This document shows positions 18,965 to 28,635 of a stretch of 64,000 nt of DNA, one piece after another. Both the position numbers and the translations under genes were made by a program. The DNA is from an uncultured Gammaproteobacteria bacterium (GTDB taxonomy: Bacteria > Patescibacteriota > Patescibacteriia > UBA9934 > GWF2-40-263). Position 1 is the first letter of the stretch; the number at the start of each line of letters is the position of its first letter. Below the pieces are notes generated by a model. The model was given only the letters and a program-made list of their open reading frames with translations. It did no database searches and was not told the DNA's origin. The DNA lies in contig CAYNRK010000003.1 of assembly GCA_964399675.1 (NCBI GenBank), positions 73,033 to 137,032 of the forward strand, read 5' to 3'.

Positions 18965-19598
18965 GGATCGCGTCTCTACTAAGAAGCTTTCCATCTTCTA
19001 CACATTTAATAAGTTGAAATTGATCAAAACGTTTTGTGATATCAAGGTAAGCTTTTTCTGCTGCGTGTAAGTGGCCAGGATCAGATTCATGAATATCTTT
19101 TTTAAGCCCGTGTTTGCTTTCTCTCTCTTTTGTTAGTTCAAGTGCAATTTCAGTTGGAACATGTAATATGATATTTAAATCCGGAACAGGGATTTGAAAA
19201 ATCTCAAACTCCAGGTGCATTGCCCAATCAAAGAATTTTTGTCGCTCTTCATTATCGTGAATTTTTGAACCATGATGACCCATGTTTGCGCCAACATATC
19301 TATCAGCGATTACATAGTTTCCGCTTTCAAGCCATGTGCGAATTTGAGGTGCTGCGTCATGGCGATCAATGGCATAGAAAATCGATGATCTCTGTGGGCC
19401 AACATCTTGAGCTGAGCCATATTTTCCCGAAAGGTATTCTTCAACTGCTCCACAACTTTTTTCTCCGTATCGCGGGAAAGAGATTGTTTTAATTGGAAAG
19501 CCTTCCTGCTCCATTCTGCTAAGAAGAAGTTTTGTTTGTGTGGCTTTTCCTGAACCGTCTGTTCCGTCAATAACAATAAATGTTCCAGTTTTTTTCAT
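18927..19598 (-). CDS. tmk: thymidylate kinase
   Basis: FIVIDGTDGSGKATQ P-loop, with an internal Met start at MKKTGTF. Confidence 0.85.
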   Translation of the reverse strand: MKKTGTFIVIDGTDGSGKATQTKLLLSRMEQEGFPIKTISFPRYGEKSCGAVEEYLSGKYGSAQDVGPQRSSIFYAIDRHDAAPQIRTWLESGNYVIADRYVGANMGHHGSKIHDNEERQKFFDWAMHLEFEIFQIPVPDLNIILHVPTEIALELTKERESKHGLKKDIHESDPGHLHAAEKAYLDITKRFDQFQLIKCVEDGKLLSRDAIHEKIWRVVCPLL

Positions 19599-19614
19599 AA
19601 GTAAGTATAGCAAA

Positions 19615-20049
19615 TTATCCTGTTGATCCGAAACCTCCTCGGTTTTTTGATTCAATGTTTTTTACTTCGCGGAATTCCGCGCGCTTCATTGGAACAAGCA
19701 TGGCTTGTGCAATACGCTGACCTTTTTTAATCTCTACAGGCTTGTCAGAATAGTTTCTTAGTTGCAAATGTAGCTCGTCTTCAGGCCCACAATAATCTTG
19801 ATCTACAATACCAACTCCTTGAGGAATATTTATTCCATAACGCCAGGGGGTAGAGGATCGTGAAGCAATGAGAAGCACGTGATCTTTTGGAACACAAATA
19901 ACCAGTCCGGTTTTAAGGCGCACTGTTTCTTTAGGCTGAATCACTTTGTTTTCAATGGGAGCTAAATCAAACGCACAAGAGCCTGATGTTGCGTATTCAG
20001 GAATTATTGCGTCTGGGTGAGTTTTATAGATGTCCACAGGTAATGGCAT
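19615..20049 (-). CDS. dut: dUTP diphosphatase
   Basis: 144 aa with dUTPase motifs (SGSCAFDL, RSS, GVGIVDQDY, C-terminal RGGFGSTG). Confidence 0.9.
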   Translation of the reverse strand: MPLPVDIYKTHPDAIIPEYATSGSCAFDLAPIENKVIQPKETVRLKTGLVICVPKDHVLLIASRSSTPWRYGINIPQGVGIVDQDYCGPEDELHLQLRNYSDKPVEIKKGQRIAQAMLVPMKRAEFREVKNIESKNRGGFGSTG

Positions 20050-20120
20050 AACGGGCGTATTTTAGCGGAAAAATGCTCTGCTGGAAACCATCTCTCTGGT
20101 TTGGTAAAGTGGGGGACGTT

Positions 20121-20960
20121 ATGACACCATTTGACATCCAATATAAAGAAGCTATTCGTCTTATTATGGATGAGGGGATTGATATTCCAAATCCATGGTC
20201 AGGCCGAGTGACAAGAATGATTCCTGGTCTTACGCTTCGTGTTGATATAGGTGAATGTTTTCCATTACTTACACTTCGAAGAATTCCATTAAAATTGTTT
20301 GTGGCTGAACAAGTTTGGTTCTTAATGGGCGAGAATAATCCTAAATGGCTGCGACAGTTTACAAAGATCTGGGATGATTTTACAGAAACTGATGGCACGA
20401 TTCCAGCAGCTTATGGTTACAGGTGGCGACATCATTTTGGTAGGGATCAGATTGAATCGCTTGTTGAACATTTAAGTGATAATCCTGCATCGCGTCATGC
20501 AATTGTTGTAACTTGGGATCCAAGCCGTGATGGTTTAGGAGTTGATTCAAAAAAGAATTTGCCGTGTCCATATACTTTCAATGTGAACATCGCAGGAGGA
20601 AAGTTGCACTTGCACAATATTGTAAGAAGCAATGATATGATGCTTGGGTGTCCGCATGACGCCGCTGGGTTTGCACTTTTGCAATGTATTTTGGCTGAGC
20701 GTTTGGGAGTCGAGCCTGGAATATATACACACTCCATTTCAAACGCACATATTTATGATAATCATTTTGATGCTGCGCGCGAGCTTTTAAGTCGCGAACA
20801 TGTCCATGAAAAAGTAAAACTTGAGGTGCCAAACAAAAGTTATCATAGAGCAAAAGGCGGGGACACAGAACTTGTAAAAGAAATTTTTAAATTATTGAAA
20901 GATCAATACAAACCCATGGAGTCAATAAAAGGTATGGAAATAACAGTGAATGTTTATTAG
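20121..20960 (+). CDS. thyA: thymidylate synthase (ThyA type)
   Basis: Active-site region LPCPYTFNVNI plus WNELDKMAL-like blocks. Confidence 0.9.
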   Translation: MTPFDIQYKEAIRLIMDEGIDIPNPWSGRVTRMIPGLTLRVDIGECFPLLTLRRIPLKLFVAEQVWFLMGENNPKWLRQFTKIWDDFTETDGTIPAAYGYRWRHHFGRDQIESLVEHLSDNPASRHAIVVTWDPSRDGLGVDSKKNLPCPYTFNVNIAGGKLHLHNIVRSNDMMLGCPHDAAGFALLQCILAERLGVEPGIYTHSISNAHIYDNHFDAARELLSREHVHEKVKLEVPNKSYHRAKGGDTELVKEIFKLLKDQYKPMESIKGMEITVNVY

Positions 20961-20962
20961 AT

Positions 20963-21517
20963 ATGAAAGTTGTTTTAATAGCAGCATTATCTGCAGATGG
21001 AAAGATTGCTGAGTCTGATGACCAGCTTTCTTTAGATTGGACATCCAAAGAGGATTTGAAGTTTTTTGTAAAAAAGACAAAAGAGTGTGGGGTTGTGATT
21101 ATGGGGCGCAAGACATTTGAGACAATTGGTAAGCCTCTCAAAGACAGAAAACTTATTGTAATGACACGACAAGAAGTTCCCCCCTTTTCAAGGGAGCCCG
21201 CCCGGACGAACGTCCGTTCGGACGGGGACAAAGGGGGGTTAGAATTCGGAACAGTCGAATACACAAACGAACAACCCCGCGAACTCATTGACCGTCTCAA
21301 ACAAGAAGGTCACGACATGGTGGCCGTGGCTGGTGGTTCTACTATTTATAGTTTATTTTTAAAAGAAGGTCTTGTTACAGATTTTTATCTCACAGTTGAA
21401 CCGGTTTTGTTTGGTGATGGTATTCCTTTGGCAAAGGGTTTCAATCGAATTAATTTGAAATTAATTGATGTAACGCGTTTAGGCGAGCAATCAGTTCTTT
21501 TGCATTTTTCAGTTTAA
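20963..21517 (+). CDS. folA: dihydrofolate reductase, with in-frame palindromic element insertion
   Basis: MKVVLIAALSADGKIAESDDQL...VIMGRKTFETIGKPLKDRKLIVMTRQ is a DHFR pattern. It lies directly after thyA. A 66 bp element at 21178-21243 adds PPFSREPARTNVRSDGDKGGL. Confidence 0.75.
   Translation: MKVVLIAALSADGKIAESDDQLSLDWTSKEDLKFFVKKTKECGVVIMGRKTFETIGKPLKDRKLIVMTRQEVPPFSREPARTNVRSDGDKGGLEFGTVEYTNEQPRELIDRLKQEGHDMVAVAGGSTIYSLFLKEGLVTDFYLTVEPVLFGDGIPLAKGFNRINLKLIDVTRLGEQSVLLHFSV
21178..21243. mobile_element. palindromic element (family 3, CCCCCTTTTCAAGGG … GGGGGGTTAG) in-frame inside folA
   Basis: ccccccttttcaagggagcccgcccggacgaacgtccgttcggacggggacaaaggggggttag, with an inner palindrome cccggacgaacgtccgttcggacgggg. 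Confidence 0.6.
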
Positions 21518-21530
21518 TATTTTTTATTAT

Positions 21531-24500
21531 TTATTGTTTCAACACGCCATTGATTTGTTTTTCAAGAAATTTGTATTCTGCGGTTTGTTGTAATCCTGCG
21601 TTTTCCATTTCTGCAAGAACACGAGTTTTTGACAGTGTGTCTACAAAGTAGGCTGTTCTTCTTGTGATCCAGTCAATACCCGATTTTTCAGATTTTGCAA
21701 TTCTGTTTACAATAGCAAACAACTCACCTCTTGATTTTCCGAGTTTTTTCAAGGCTGCGTCTTCGTTGTACCAAGTTCCTTTTTCTGTAAATGCAAAATC
21801 AGTGACTTTTCCCCCGTCATATTTGAATTTTACCTTCATTCCTTTTTTACTAAGGGTTGTTTCAACGGGTGATTCTAGTTTTGTTTCAGGAGTTTCTTCG
21901 GACGGGATTTCTTGTTCTTGTTGAGTTTCTGCTGAAGCTTCGGTTGTGGGTTCTTCTGTTCCAGCTTCCGCTGCTTCTGCTTGAGCAGCCGCAGCTTCGG
22001 CTTCTGGTTTAGCAGGTTCCGGCGCAGGTTCTGGAGCGGGTTCAGGAGATTCTTCCGGTATTGGCGGTTTTCCTTCACGAACTCGTTTTGCCATTTCTTC
22101 AACGTTTCGAGCCACATCACCTTGGTGTGCAGCTTCTTCTGTTGAATTGTCCCGAATGATTCTTGCAATATCATCAGTTTGTCCATCGATTCGTCTCTGG
22201 ATGAGTTTTGCAATTTCACCACTTTCTTCTTCTGTTGAATCTAAATTGGCGATTGCTAATTTATCAGCCTCAACTTGTTTTATAATCCAATCAAGATCCT
22301 GCATGCGTGTGTCAGGTGCTCTAAGCAGAAATCCAATTTGTTCTTTTGAAAGATTTTGTTTTTCAAGTAGTTTTGCAAACTCAGCTTTGTCTAGTTTATC
22401 CGGAGTCTCAACAATTGGAGCAATTTTGTCAGCGGCTCTTCCGATTTCAGCCCTACGTGCTTCTGTCATTGGTTCAGCTTCTGCGTCAGCTGCTTTTGCA
22501 TCCGGTCCTGGTTCAGGCTTAGCTGCTGCGTCTGGTTGTGTGGCTGTGGTCTGAGCTTCTGGTTCTGGGGCAGGTGGAGCTTCTACGGCTGCTGGAGGAG
22601 CCGTGGCAGGGGTTTCTGGCGCTGCTGCTGGTGTTTCCGCATCACTATCAGCTGCGTCTGGTACGGCTTGGGCTTCTACTTTTGGAGCGGGTGTTGGATC
22701 TTCAAATTTTTCGTATTCCGGCTTTTTGTAGTTATAAACAATTCCTTTTTCTTGAAGTTCTTCCATGTCAGCCGGTTTGCCTGACTCAGTATCCACAAAA
22801 GTAAAATTGATCTCACCATTTTCACCTGGACTAATTGCAATAGCGACCTTATCCACCCCTTTAGCACTTAAACCAGTCCATCCACCCTCTTCAGTATGAA
22901 GGGCTTTTTTTGCAGCAATAAACGCAGTTTTGCGAACCCATTTTTTAACTACTTTTGCATCATTTATATCACCTTGATAGCCAAATTTTTCTGGATCAGC
23001 TTTTAGTTGACGCTGAGCAATTCTAATAATTCCATCACCTTTTTGAATAGTTGCTTGTTCAATTTGTTCTTCTGAAAATTCAGGAGCTTCTTCAGCTGCA
23101 GCTTCGGTTGCTTGTTCAGCATCAGCGGTTGGTTCTGCGTCAGCAGCAGCTTCTGTTTTTGGTTCTGGTTCAACCTCTTTTGCATCAGCGGTTGGCTCAG
23201 GCTCAGTGTTAGGGGTAGGTTCTGATTCGGGAGCTTCTTCGGCCTCTGGCACTGCTTCTGCTTGCTCTACCTCCGGTTCCGGTGCTTCAACTTCCGTACC
23301 TTCAACTGCAGTTATTTCTGTATCAGTTTTAGCTGACAGAACATCTGAAGCCGCCTGTTTTGCAGTTTTTTCAGAAAGCAAACCAAAAGTGACTTTGTCT
23401 AATTGTTCAGAAAAACTATCACCAGCATATCCAGCAGCACCTTTTTCTTCCAAACCCTGAAGTGCTTTTTCAATTGCACCAGAGACACCGCCTTCGCCTG
23501 ATAATTCTCCGCCAGCCAGAGTTGCAAAACCTGCAAAACGTGCAACAGTTCCGGCTGCTTGTACTGCATTTAGAATTTTTTGTTTTTTGGTTTCACCTTC
23601 TTTTAGAGTTAGTTTACGCCATGTTTCTGAAAAACCATTGACTACAAGTTCTTTTGCCAATCCTTCTGTACGCTCACCCGATTCCCGCTCTTGTTGGACT
23701 TTTTTATAACGTTCAAGCAGTGCAATGGCTCCATATCCAACACCTCGTAATGTGGCAAGTCCGGTTGAGATCAGAGCAGTGTTAAGAGATTCCTTTAAGG
23801 CCGCTGTTCCTTTGACTCGAGTTTGAATAAATTGATCCAGCAGTTCGGCTGTCTCTTGGTGTTGTTCTTCCTCAATATCACCAGAATCTTCGCGCTGTTT
23901 TTCAAGAATTTCCTGAACACGTGCAAGCATTTCTGTTTTCTTTTCTGCTGATAAAAATACAGATTCATTTATTTTGGTTTCTAAAGCTCGCTTTCTTGCT
24001 ATTATCGGAGCTGCATCAAGTGCTATTTGTTCTGCATGATAATCACGAAAGCCTGTTTCAGGATCAATAAACGCCGATTCATCAAGTTCTATATCTCCAT
24101 ACTCAGCATTTTCAAAAGATTCCAAGATCCGTTGTTTTTCTTTTCCGGTTGTATATTTTTGAAAAAACCAAGCTGGCACGTCATGTAAAGATTTAAAACC
24201 ACCAAGGCTGGCTGCAATACCAAGAGCTCCAACTCCAACCGCTTTTGCAATTTGAGTTTTGTTCATTTCAGCTTCATCTTCCTCTGGTAAACGTTCGCCG
24301 CGAAATTTTTTGTAAAGATTTGATGCGCGATCTCTAAAACCTCCAGCAATAGACCGAAGCACACTCCGACTTTCTGTTGCTGGGTCTTGAGGTTCTCCTT
24401 CTGCTTCTTCTGGTGAACCAACAGCTTCTGGTGAGGCATCAGGTTCTGTAATTGGATCTAGAAATTCAGATATGTCAGGTAGGTCACTGTCCGGAGCTGA

Positions 24501-24551
24501 CTCAGTGCCACCAGTATCAAATGGGCCGGGTGTTGGTGCTTCTGGACTCAT
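21531..24551 (-). CDS. large acidic low-complexity protein (Ala/Glu/Pro-rich repeats), hypothetical, possibly surface-associated
   Basis: 1006 aa with PEPAPEPAPEPAKPEAEAAA-type tracts between globular segments. No family recognised. Confidence 0.55.
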   Translation of the reverse strand: MSPEAPTPGPFDTGGTESAPDSDLPDISEFLDPITEPDASPEAVGSPEEAEGEPQDPATESRSVLRSIAGGFRDRASNLYKKFRGERLPEEDEAEMNKTQIAKAVGVGALGIAASLGGFKSLHDVPAWFFQKYTTGKEKQRILESFENAEYGDIELDESAFIDPETGFRDYHAEQIALDAAPIIARKRALETKINESVFLSAEKKTEMLARVQEILEKQREDSGDIEEEQHQETAELLDQFIQTRVKGTAALKESLNTALISTGLATLRGVGYGAIALLERYKKVQQERESGERTEGLAKELVVNGFSETWRKLTLKEGETKKQKILNAVQAAGTVARFAGFATLAGGELSGEGGVSGAIEKALQGLEEKGAAGYAGDSFSEQLDKVTFGLLSEKTAKQAASDVLSAKTDTEITAVEGTEVEAPEPEVEQAEAVPEAEEAPESEPTPNTEPEPTADAKEVEPEPKTEAAADAEPTADAEQATEAAAEEAPEFSEEQIEQATIQKGDGIIRIAQRQLKADPEKFGYQGDINDAKVVKKWVRKTAFIAAKKALHTEEGGWTGLSAKGVDKVAIAISPGENGEINFTFVDTESGKPADMEELQEKGIVYNYKKPEYEKFEDPTPAPKVEAQAVPDAADSDAETPAAAPETPATAPPAAVEAPPAPEPEAQTTATQPDAAAKPEPGPDAKAADAEAEPMTEARRAEIGRAADKIAPIVETPDKLDKAEFAKLLEKQNLSKEQIGFLLRAPDTRMQDLDWIIKQVEADKLAIANLDSTEEESGEIAKLIQRRIDGQTDDIARIIRDNSTEEAAHQGDVARNVEEMAKRVREGKPPIPEESPEPAPEPAPEPAKPEAEAAAAQAEAAEAGTEEPTTEASAETQQEQEIPSEETPETKLESPVETTLSKKGMKVKFKYDGGKVTDFAFTEKGTWYNEDAALKKLGKSRGELFAIVNRIAKSEKSGIDWITRRTAYFVDTLSKTRVLAEMENAGLQQTAEYKFLEKQINGVLKQ

Positions 24552-24874
24552 ATATTCAAATTACTTATTTTTTCTTTGATAGCTTTGATCTTTGCCTGAG
24601 ACTCAATGTCATCAACAATTTCTAATGTATCATTTCCCCCTTTTTCTTCTGCTCGTTTTTCTTTTTCTTGATACTTGGCGACTATTTTTTCTAATCCTGT
24701 TTTAAAAACATCTTGAGCTTGGTCGTCAGATTCTTTCCAATCATTTAATAGTTGGATAACTTCTTCAACCAAGCTTTCATCAGGCGACATTGCAATCAAA
24801 TCAATGGCCGCAAGTTTTGTTTCGCGATCAAGAGCTGATGAAGTTAAAATTTCTTCTAATCGTTTCCATGGCAT
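24548..24874 (-). CDS. hypothetical acidic protein (108 aa), co-oriented with the large acidic protein
   Basis: ORF overlapping the downstream gene start by 4 nt, which suggests an operon. Confidence 0.45.
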   Translation of the reverse strand: MPWKRLEEILTSSALDRETKLAAIDLIAMSPDESLVEEVIQLLNDWKESDDQAQDVFKTGLEKIVAKYQEKEKRAEEKGGNDTLEIVDDIESQAKIKAIKEKISNLNI

Positions 24875-24876
24875 AT

Positions 24877-25212
24877 TTATTCCTGTCCTCCTTGATCTAA
24901 AGCTTGCTCAATTTCATCAAACGATGCCATTGCTTTATCTTGAGAAGCTTTTTGAGCTTCCGCACTTTTTTGTTTAATTGTTTCAATTGAACCTGCAAAC
25001 TGTTTCATTTCTTCTGAACCTTGTACGGCAATATTTGATTCAAGCGCTTTTGCAAAACGATCAATTTGTTCAAGACTCATTTCAGGTATTAGTGCTGCCC
25101 AGGCATCTTTGACATCATCCGGCATGTCAGCAGAAGCTAAAAGCAAGGCCAAACGCTCCCCAACATTTTTCAAATCTTCTTCAATTTGTTTATCATTATC
25201 TGTCATATGCAA
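24877..25212 (-). CDS. hypothetical acidic protein (111 aa), first gene of a putative 3-gene operon
   Basis: ORF ending 3 nt before the next start. No family recognised. Confidence 0.45.
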   Translation of the reverse strand: MHMTDNDKQIEEDLKNVGERLALLLASADMPDDVKDAWAALIPEMSLEQIDRFAKALESNIAVQGSEEMKQFAGSIETIKQKSAEAQKASQDKAMASFDEIEQALDQGGQE

Positions 25213-25248
25213 TAGTTTTAATTTTTGTTAGTATACTACAAATATTCT

Positions 25249-26163
25249 ATGTACGATATTGATTATCCATACATGCCTGAGGGGCGGGAATTGCGCTATG
25301 TTGCGGCAGATCATCCGTTTATGCAGGCTGCTGCGCTTGCGCGCAAAGAATGTGCCGGAGATCCTTCGTATCCTGTTGGAATTGTTTTGGTGAAAAACGG
25401 GGAAGTGGTTGCGCGTGCTGGGAATTTGTATAACCGCGGACCAGGTCAGATTCATGTTTGTAAAAGAATTGTTCACGAACCTCCAAGTGGTACAGGATAT
25501 GATCTTTGTGATCAACATGATTCGCCTGGACATTCAGAACGAATGGTGATTCAGGTGGCAAAAGAGCAGGGAATTGATGTTTCAGGATGCGACGCATATA
25601 TGTATGGGCATTGGTGGTGCTGCGAGCCTTGTTGGGATGTAATGATTGAAAATGGGATTAGAGATGTTTATGTTGTTGATGATGCACACGAGCGGTTTCA
25701 TCGCGATGTCATTTATCCAGAGATGCTTCAGCCTTCTGTAAGTTCTATTTATCTTGCCGGGGCTTATACGCACAATACTGATATTGAAGGAGAGATCTCT
25801 TTTCACGAGAGGTTAAGAAAAGTTGCAAATGAGTTTGATATTGATTCTTGCCTTCCATATGTTGATAATCCTGAGAATAAAAAACCATGGGAGGAGCGCG
25901 ATAGAAGTTTAATTTATTCGTGGACTAAAGAGCAGGTAATAAAAGCTGATGTTCTTGTAGCAGAAGTTTCACAACCTTCATTAGGTTGCGGTGGGGAATT
26001 GGTGATGGCAGCAGAGGCAAATAAATTAATTGTAATTTTGTCAAAAAAGGGTTTGCGTATTTCAAATTTTTGCATTGGAAACCCAGCGATTGTTTATCAT
26101 ATAGAATATGAAGATGAAGAGGATGCGTGTAAGCAATTTAGAAATGTTTTAAAACAACTTTAA
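25249..26163 (+). CDS. dCMP/cytidine deaminase domain fused to a nucleoside 2-deoxyribosyltransferase-like C-terminal domain
   Basis: Zinc-binding deaminase motifs (HSERMVI, CEPCWDVM). The C-terminal half resembles a deoxyribosyltransferase or Rossmann-like domain. Confidence 0.6.
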   Translation: MYDIDYPYMPEGRELRYVAADHPFMQAAALARKECAGDPSYPVGIVLVKNGEVVARAGNLYNRGPGQIHVCKRIVHEPPSGTGYDLCDQHDSPGHSERMVIQVAKEQGIDVSGCDAYMYGHWWCCEPCWDVMIENGIRDVYVVDDAHERFHRDVIYPEMLQPSVSSIYLAGAYTHNTDIEGEISFHERLRKVANEFDIDSCLPYVDNPENKKPWEERDRSLIYSWTKEQVIKADVLVAEVSQPSLGCGGELVMAAEANKLIVILSKKGLRISNFCIGNPAIVYHIEYEDEEDACKQFRNVLKQL

Positions 26164-26219
26164 CGCATTATTCATAGGTCTTATAGGACCAATAGGACCT
26201 ATGAATAATGCGTTTTTTA
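26163..26219. terminator. bidirectional terminator: 21 bp-arm perfect palindrome
   Basis: aacgcattattcataggtc...gacctatgaataatgcgtt followed by TTTTT, between convergent genes. Confidence 0.65.
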
Positions 26220-26278
26220 ATTGAAATACCGCCCTCGTCTCCGAAGAGACAAGGGCGGCAGTGAGGACGGTTGCGATC

Positions 26279-27694
26279 TCAGTCGCGGATGTCCTTGAAG
26301 ATGGGGGTGAAGTACACCACCACAACGTACGGGGTCAGGCGGCGACCGTCGGCTTTGAAGATCACCTCATCACCTTCGCACGGGTAGTAGCGATGTCCAC
26401 CGCGTTCGTGGATGAACGTGGTGCTTCCGACCTTGACCGCCATCTGGATCTCGTCGCGGCCGATCCGGCGATTGTGGAAGGTGTCGCGCACGACCGTTCC
26501 GACCAGGAAACCGTTGTCTTCGAGTCGGCTGCGGAGCGTGTGCTCCAGGTCTGCGTGATTGAGCTTCAGACGACGCCAGGCTCGGTACACAACCATGGTG
26601 TTGGCACCGCCCAGCTTTTCGAGCACGACCTCGCGGAAGAACTTGCGAGCTTCCGGCTTGTCCATGCTGGCGCACAGGCTCAGCAGGAACGTGGCCAGGT
26701 TGTAGTGAGTCCAGTGCGAGGCCTCTCCGATCGGATCGAGCCTGAGAGCGACTGCACGCTTGGCTTCGTGCGGCAGCTCTTCGAGCACTGTCATGGGAAC
26801 CTGGCGCAGGTTGGTGAGACCCAGCGCCGCCCCTGCGATGAGCAGACCGCTTTTGACCGGCAGACGCAGTCGAAGATTACTCGCTGCCCTGAGCACCTCG
26901 TTGGGGCTCTTCTCTGCACAGATCTCGATGGCCTCAACGAGCTGATCGTTGTCCAGCATCCACCAGGGCTTGAGATCCATGTACTCGAGCCGGTCGTCGT
27001 TGTGGGCAACACCCTGACCCTCGACCTGCTCGATGAAGGCGTTGATGACCAGGTGCGGATGGGTCGCCTTGTCTGGCGAGAGCTCCGCCATGATCCTCGA
27101 CTGTGGCACACCCAGCAAACGCAGGTTGTTCCAGATTCCGCTGTTGGCCATGGAGTCGCTGCCGAGCCGCAGGAACTCGTGCACGTCGTTGGCCATGCCG
27201 CGTTTGACCTCCACCACGCGCAGGCGGTCGATGATCATCTGTGCGATCTCGTTTCGGCCGATGCCGTTCAGGATGGCCGCGACCAACCAGGCGTGGTTGC
27301 GCGCACCACAGTTGGTGTAGATCCAGCTGACCAGCTCCAAGCGACGATCGTCCCTGATCATCGACACCAGCTCGTTGCTGATGATGAAGCAGTTCAGCAG
27401 CCTGTAGCTCAGAGACCGCGCCGGATCATCTGCCGGCGCCTGCGAGTACACCTCGATGGTCTGATCGAGGAAGTCGGTCACGTCCACCATCAGAAACTCG
27501 AACATTTCCGGGTTGCGCAGGATCCAGGTCATTCCCATGGACGTGGGAATCGACCCAGCTCCAGCGTCGTCGATCGTCAGGACCCAGTTCCAGATGTCCT
27601 CGTAGGACACTCCACCTTCCTTGATCCTGGCCTCCCATGCTTCTCGGGCCAGGGGGAGCGCCTCGTAGCTTCCAATCTCTCTTCTCTCCAACAT
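26279..27694 (-). CDS. GC-rich foreign ORF C, hypothetical protein (about 471 aa from Met45 of the long ORF)
   Basis: Roughly 60% GC. On the minus strand there is a textbook promoter TTGACA-17-TATTAT and an SD ccGGAGGAcagATG. The composition is protein-like, and the plus-strand 525-aa ORF is its antisense shadow. No family recognised. Confidence 0.55.
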   Translation of the reverse strand: MLERREIGSYEALPLAREAWEARIKEGGVSYEDIWNWVLTIDDAGAGSIPTSMGMTWILRNPEMFEFLMVDVTDFLDQTIEVYSQAPADDPARSLSYRLLNCFIISNELVSMIRDDRRLELVSWIYTNCGARNHAWLVAAILNGIGRNEIAQMIIDRLRVVEVKRGMANDVHEFLRLGSDSMANSGIWNNLRLLGVPQSRIMAELSPDKATHPHLVINAFIEQVEGQGVAHNDDRLEYMDLKPWWMLDNDQLVEAIEICAEKSPNEVLRAASNLRLRLPVKSGLLIAGAALGLTNLRQVPMTVLEELPHEAKRAVALRLDPIGEASHWTHYNLATFLLSLCASMDKPEARKFFREVVLEKLGGANTMVVYRAWRRLKLNHADLEHTLRSRLEDNGFLVGTVVRDTFHNRRIGRDEIQMAVKVGSTTFIHERGGHRYYPCEGDEVIFKADGRRLTPYVVVVYFTPIFKDIRD

Positions 27695-27797
27695 CTGTCC
27701 TCCGGTCGCATAAAGCGAGTGAGGGAGCCTGGAAAATCCGTCCAGTACGGTTTTGGTGCAACTTGCACCAATCTCGGAATCGCACCGAGAACGACTA

Positions 27798-27826
27798 ATA
27801 ATAGCACAAAAATGCGGTTTTGTCAA
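27798..27826 (-). promoter_or_regulatory. sigma70-type promoter of gene C (TTGACA-N17-TATTAT)
   Basis: Minus-strand reading ttgacaaaaccgcatttttgtgctattat, with a perfect -35 and a 17 nt spacer. Confidence 0.5.
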
Positions 27827-27827
27827 C

Positions 27828-27856
27828 CAAAATACTAACCCCTAGGGTTAGTATTT
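27828..27856 (-). terminator. intrinsic terminator of rplA (perfect palindrome)
   Basis: aaaatactaacccctagggttagtatttt followed by T-runs on both strands. Confidence 0.65.
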
Positions 27857-27875
27857 TTTGCTGTTTTCTTTGATT

Positions 27876-28553
27876 TTATGAAAGTTCAATTTTGATTCCA
27901 GGACCAATTGTTGATGAAATGGATGCACTTTTTGTGTATATCCCTTTTGCTGATGCCGGTTTTAGCCGTTTAATGGAATCAAGCAGTGTTTGCAGGTTTT
28001 CTTTTAATTGATCTTCTGAGAATGAAGCACGCCCAAAGACCTGATGGATATTTCCCGCATCATCGTTTTTAAAGCTTTGCTTTCCAGCCTTTTGTTCTGA
28101 GACCATTTTTTTTATGTTTGTGCCAACTGTGTCTGTTTTTGGATTTGGCATTAGTCCACGAGGTCCAAGTAGTCTGGCGAGCTTTGCAACTTTAGGCATC
28201 ATTGAAGGTGTTGCAACTGCTACCTCAAAGTCAATTTTTCCTTTTTGAGCGATTTGCGTAATAAGCTCTTCACTGCCAACAATGTCTGCTCCAGCCTCCT
28301 TAGCTTCCGCTTCCTTTTCTGCTTCTACAAATGCTGCGACTTTTTTTGTTTTTCCAATTCCGTGTGGAAGTGTAATGGTTCCACGTACTTGTTGATCTGA
28401 CTTTTTTGTGTCAATCCCAAGTCTGATATGCAGCTCAACAGCCTCGTCATATTTAGCGGTTGCTGTCTTTTTCACAAGCTTTAGAGCTTCTTCAATTGAA
28501 TAAGTTGTTTCTTTGTCTACAAGCTTGTTTACTTCCTTAAATCGTTTTGACAT
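27876..28553 (-). CDS. rplA: 50S ribosomal protein L1
   Basis: 225 aa: MSKRFKEVNKLVDKETTYSIEEALKLVK... Confidence 0.92.
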   Translation of the reverse strand: MSKRFKEVNKLVDKETTYSIEEALKLVKKTATAKYDEAVELHIRLGIDTKKSDQQVRGTITLPHGIGKTKKVAAFVEAEKEAEAKEAGADIVGSEELITQIAQKGKIDFEVAVATPSMMPKVAKLARLLGPRGLMPNPKTDTVGTNIKKMVSEQKAGKQSFKNDDAGNIHQVFGRASFSEDQLKENLQTLLDSIKRLKPASAKGIYTKSASISSTIGPGIKIELS

Positions 28554-28635
28554 ATTTTTTTGTGGTCCAAATGGCCCCTGCCTCCCACGTGTTATTTATT
28601 TTTTAACCTCTCCTCCACCCCCGTCTTTTTTGATT

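Noticed and set aside
26261-27838. Plus-strand 525-aa ORF in GC-rich island C (and 13097-13540 in island B)
   Set aside because: The composition (R/A/V/D/H-rich, no W/Y/N/K) is typical of the antisense shadow of a GC-rich gene. The promoter, SD and protein-like composition are on the opposite strand.
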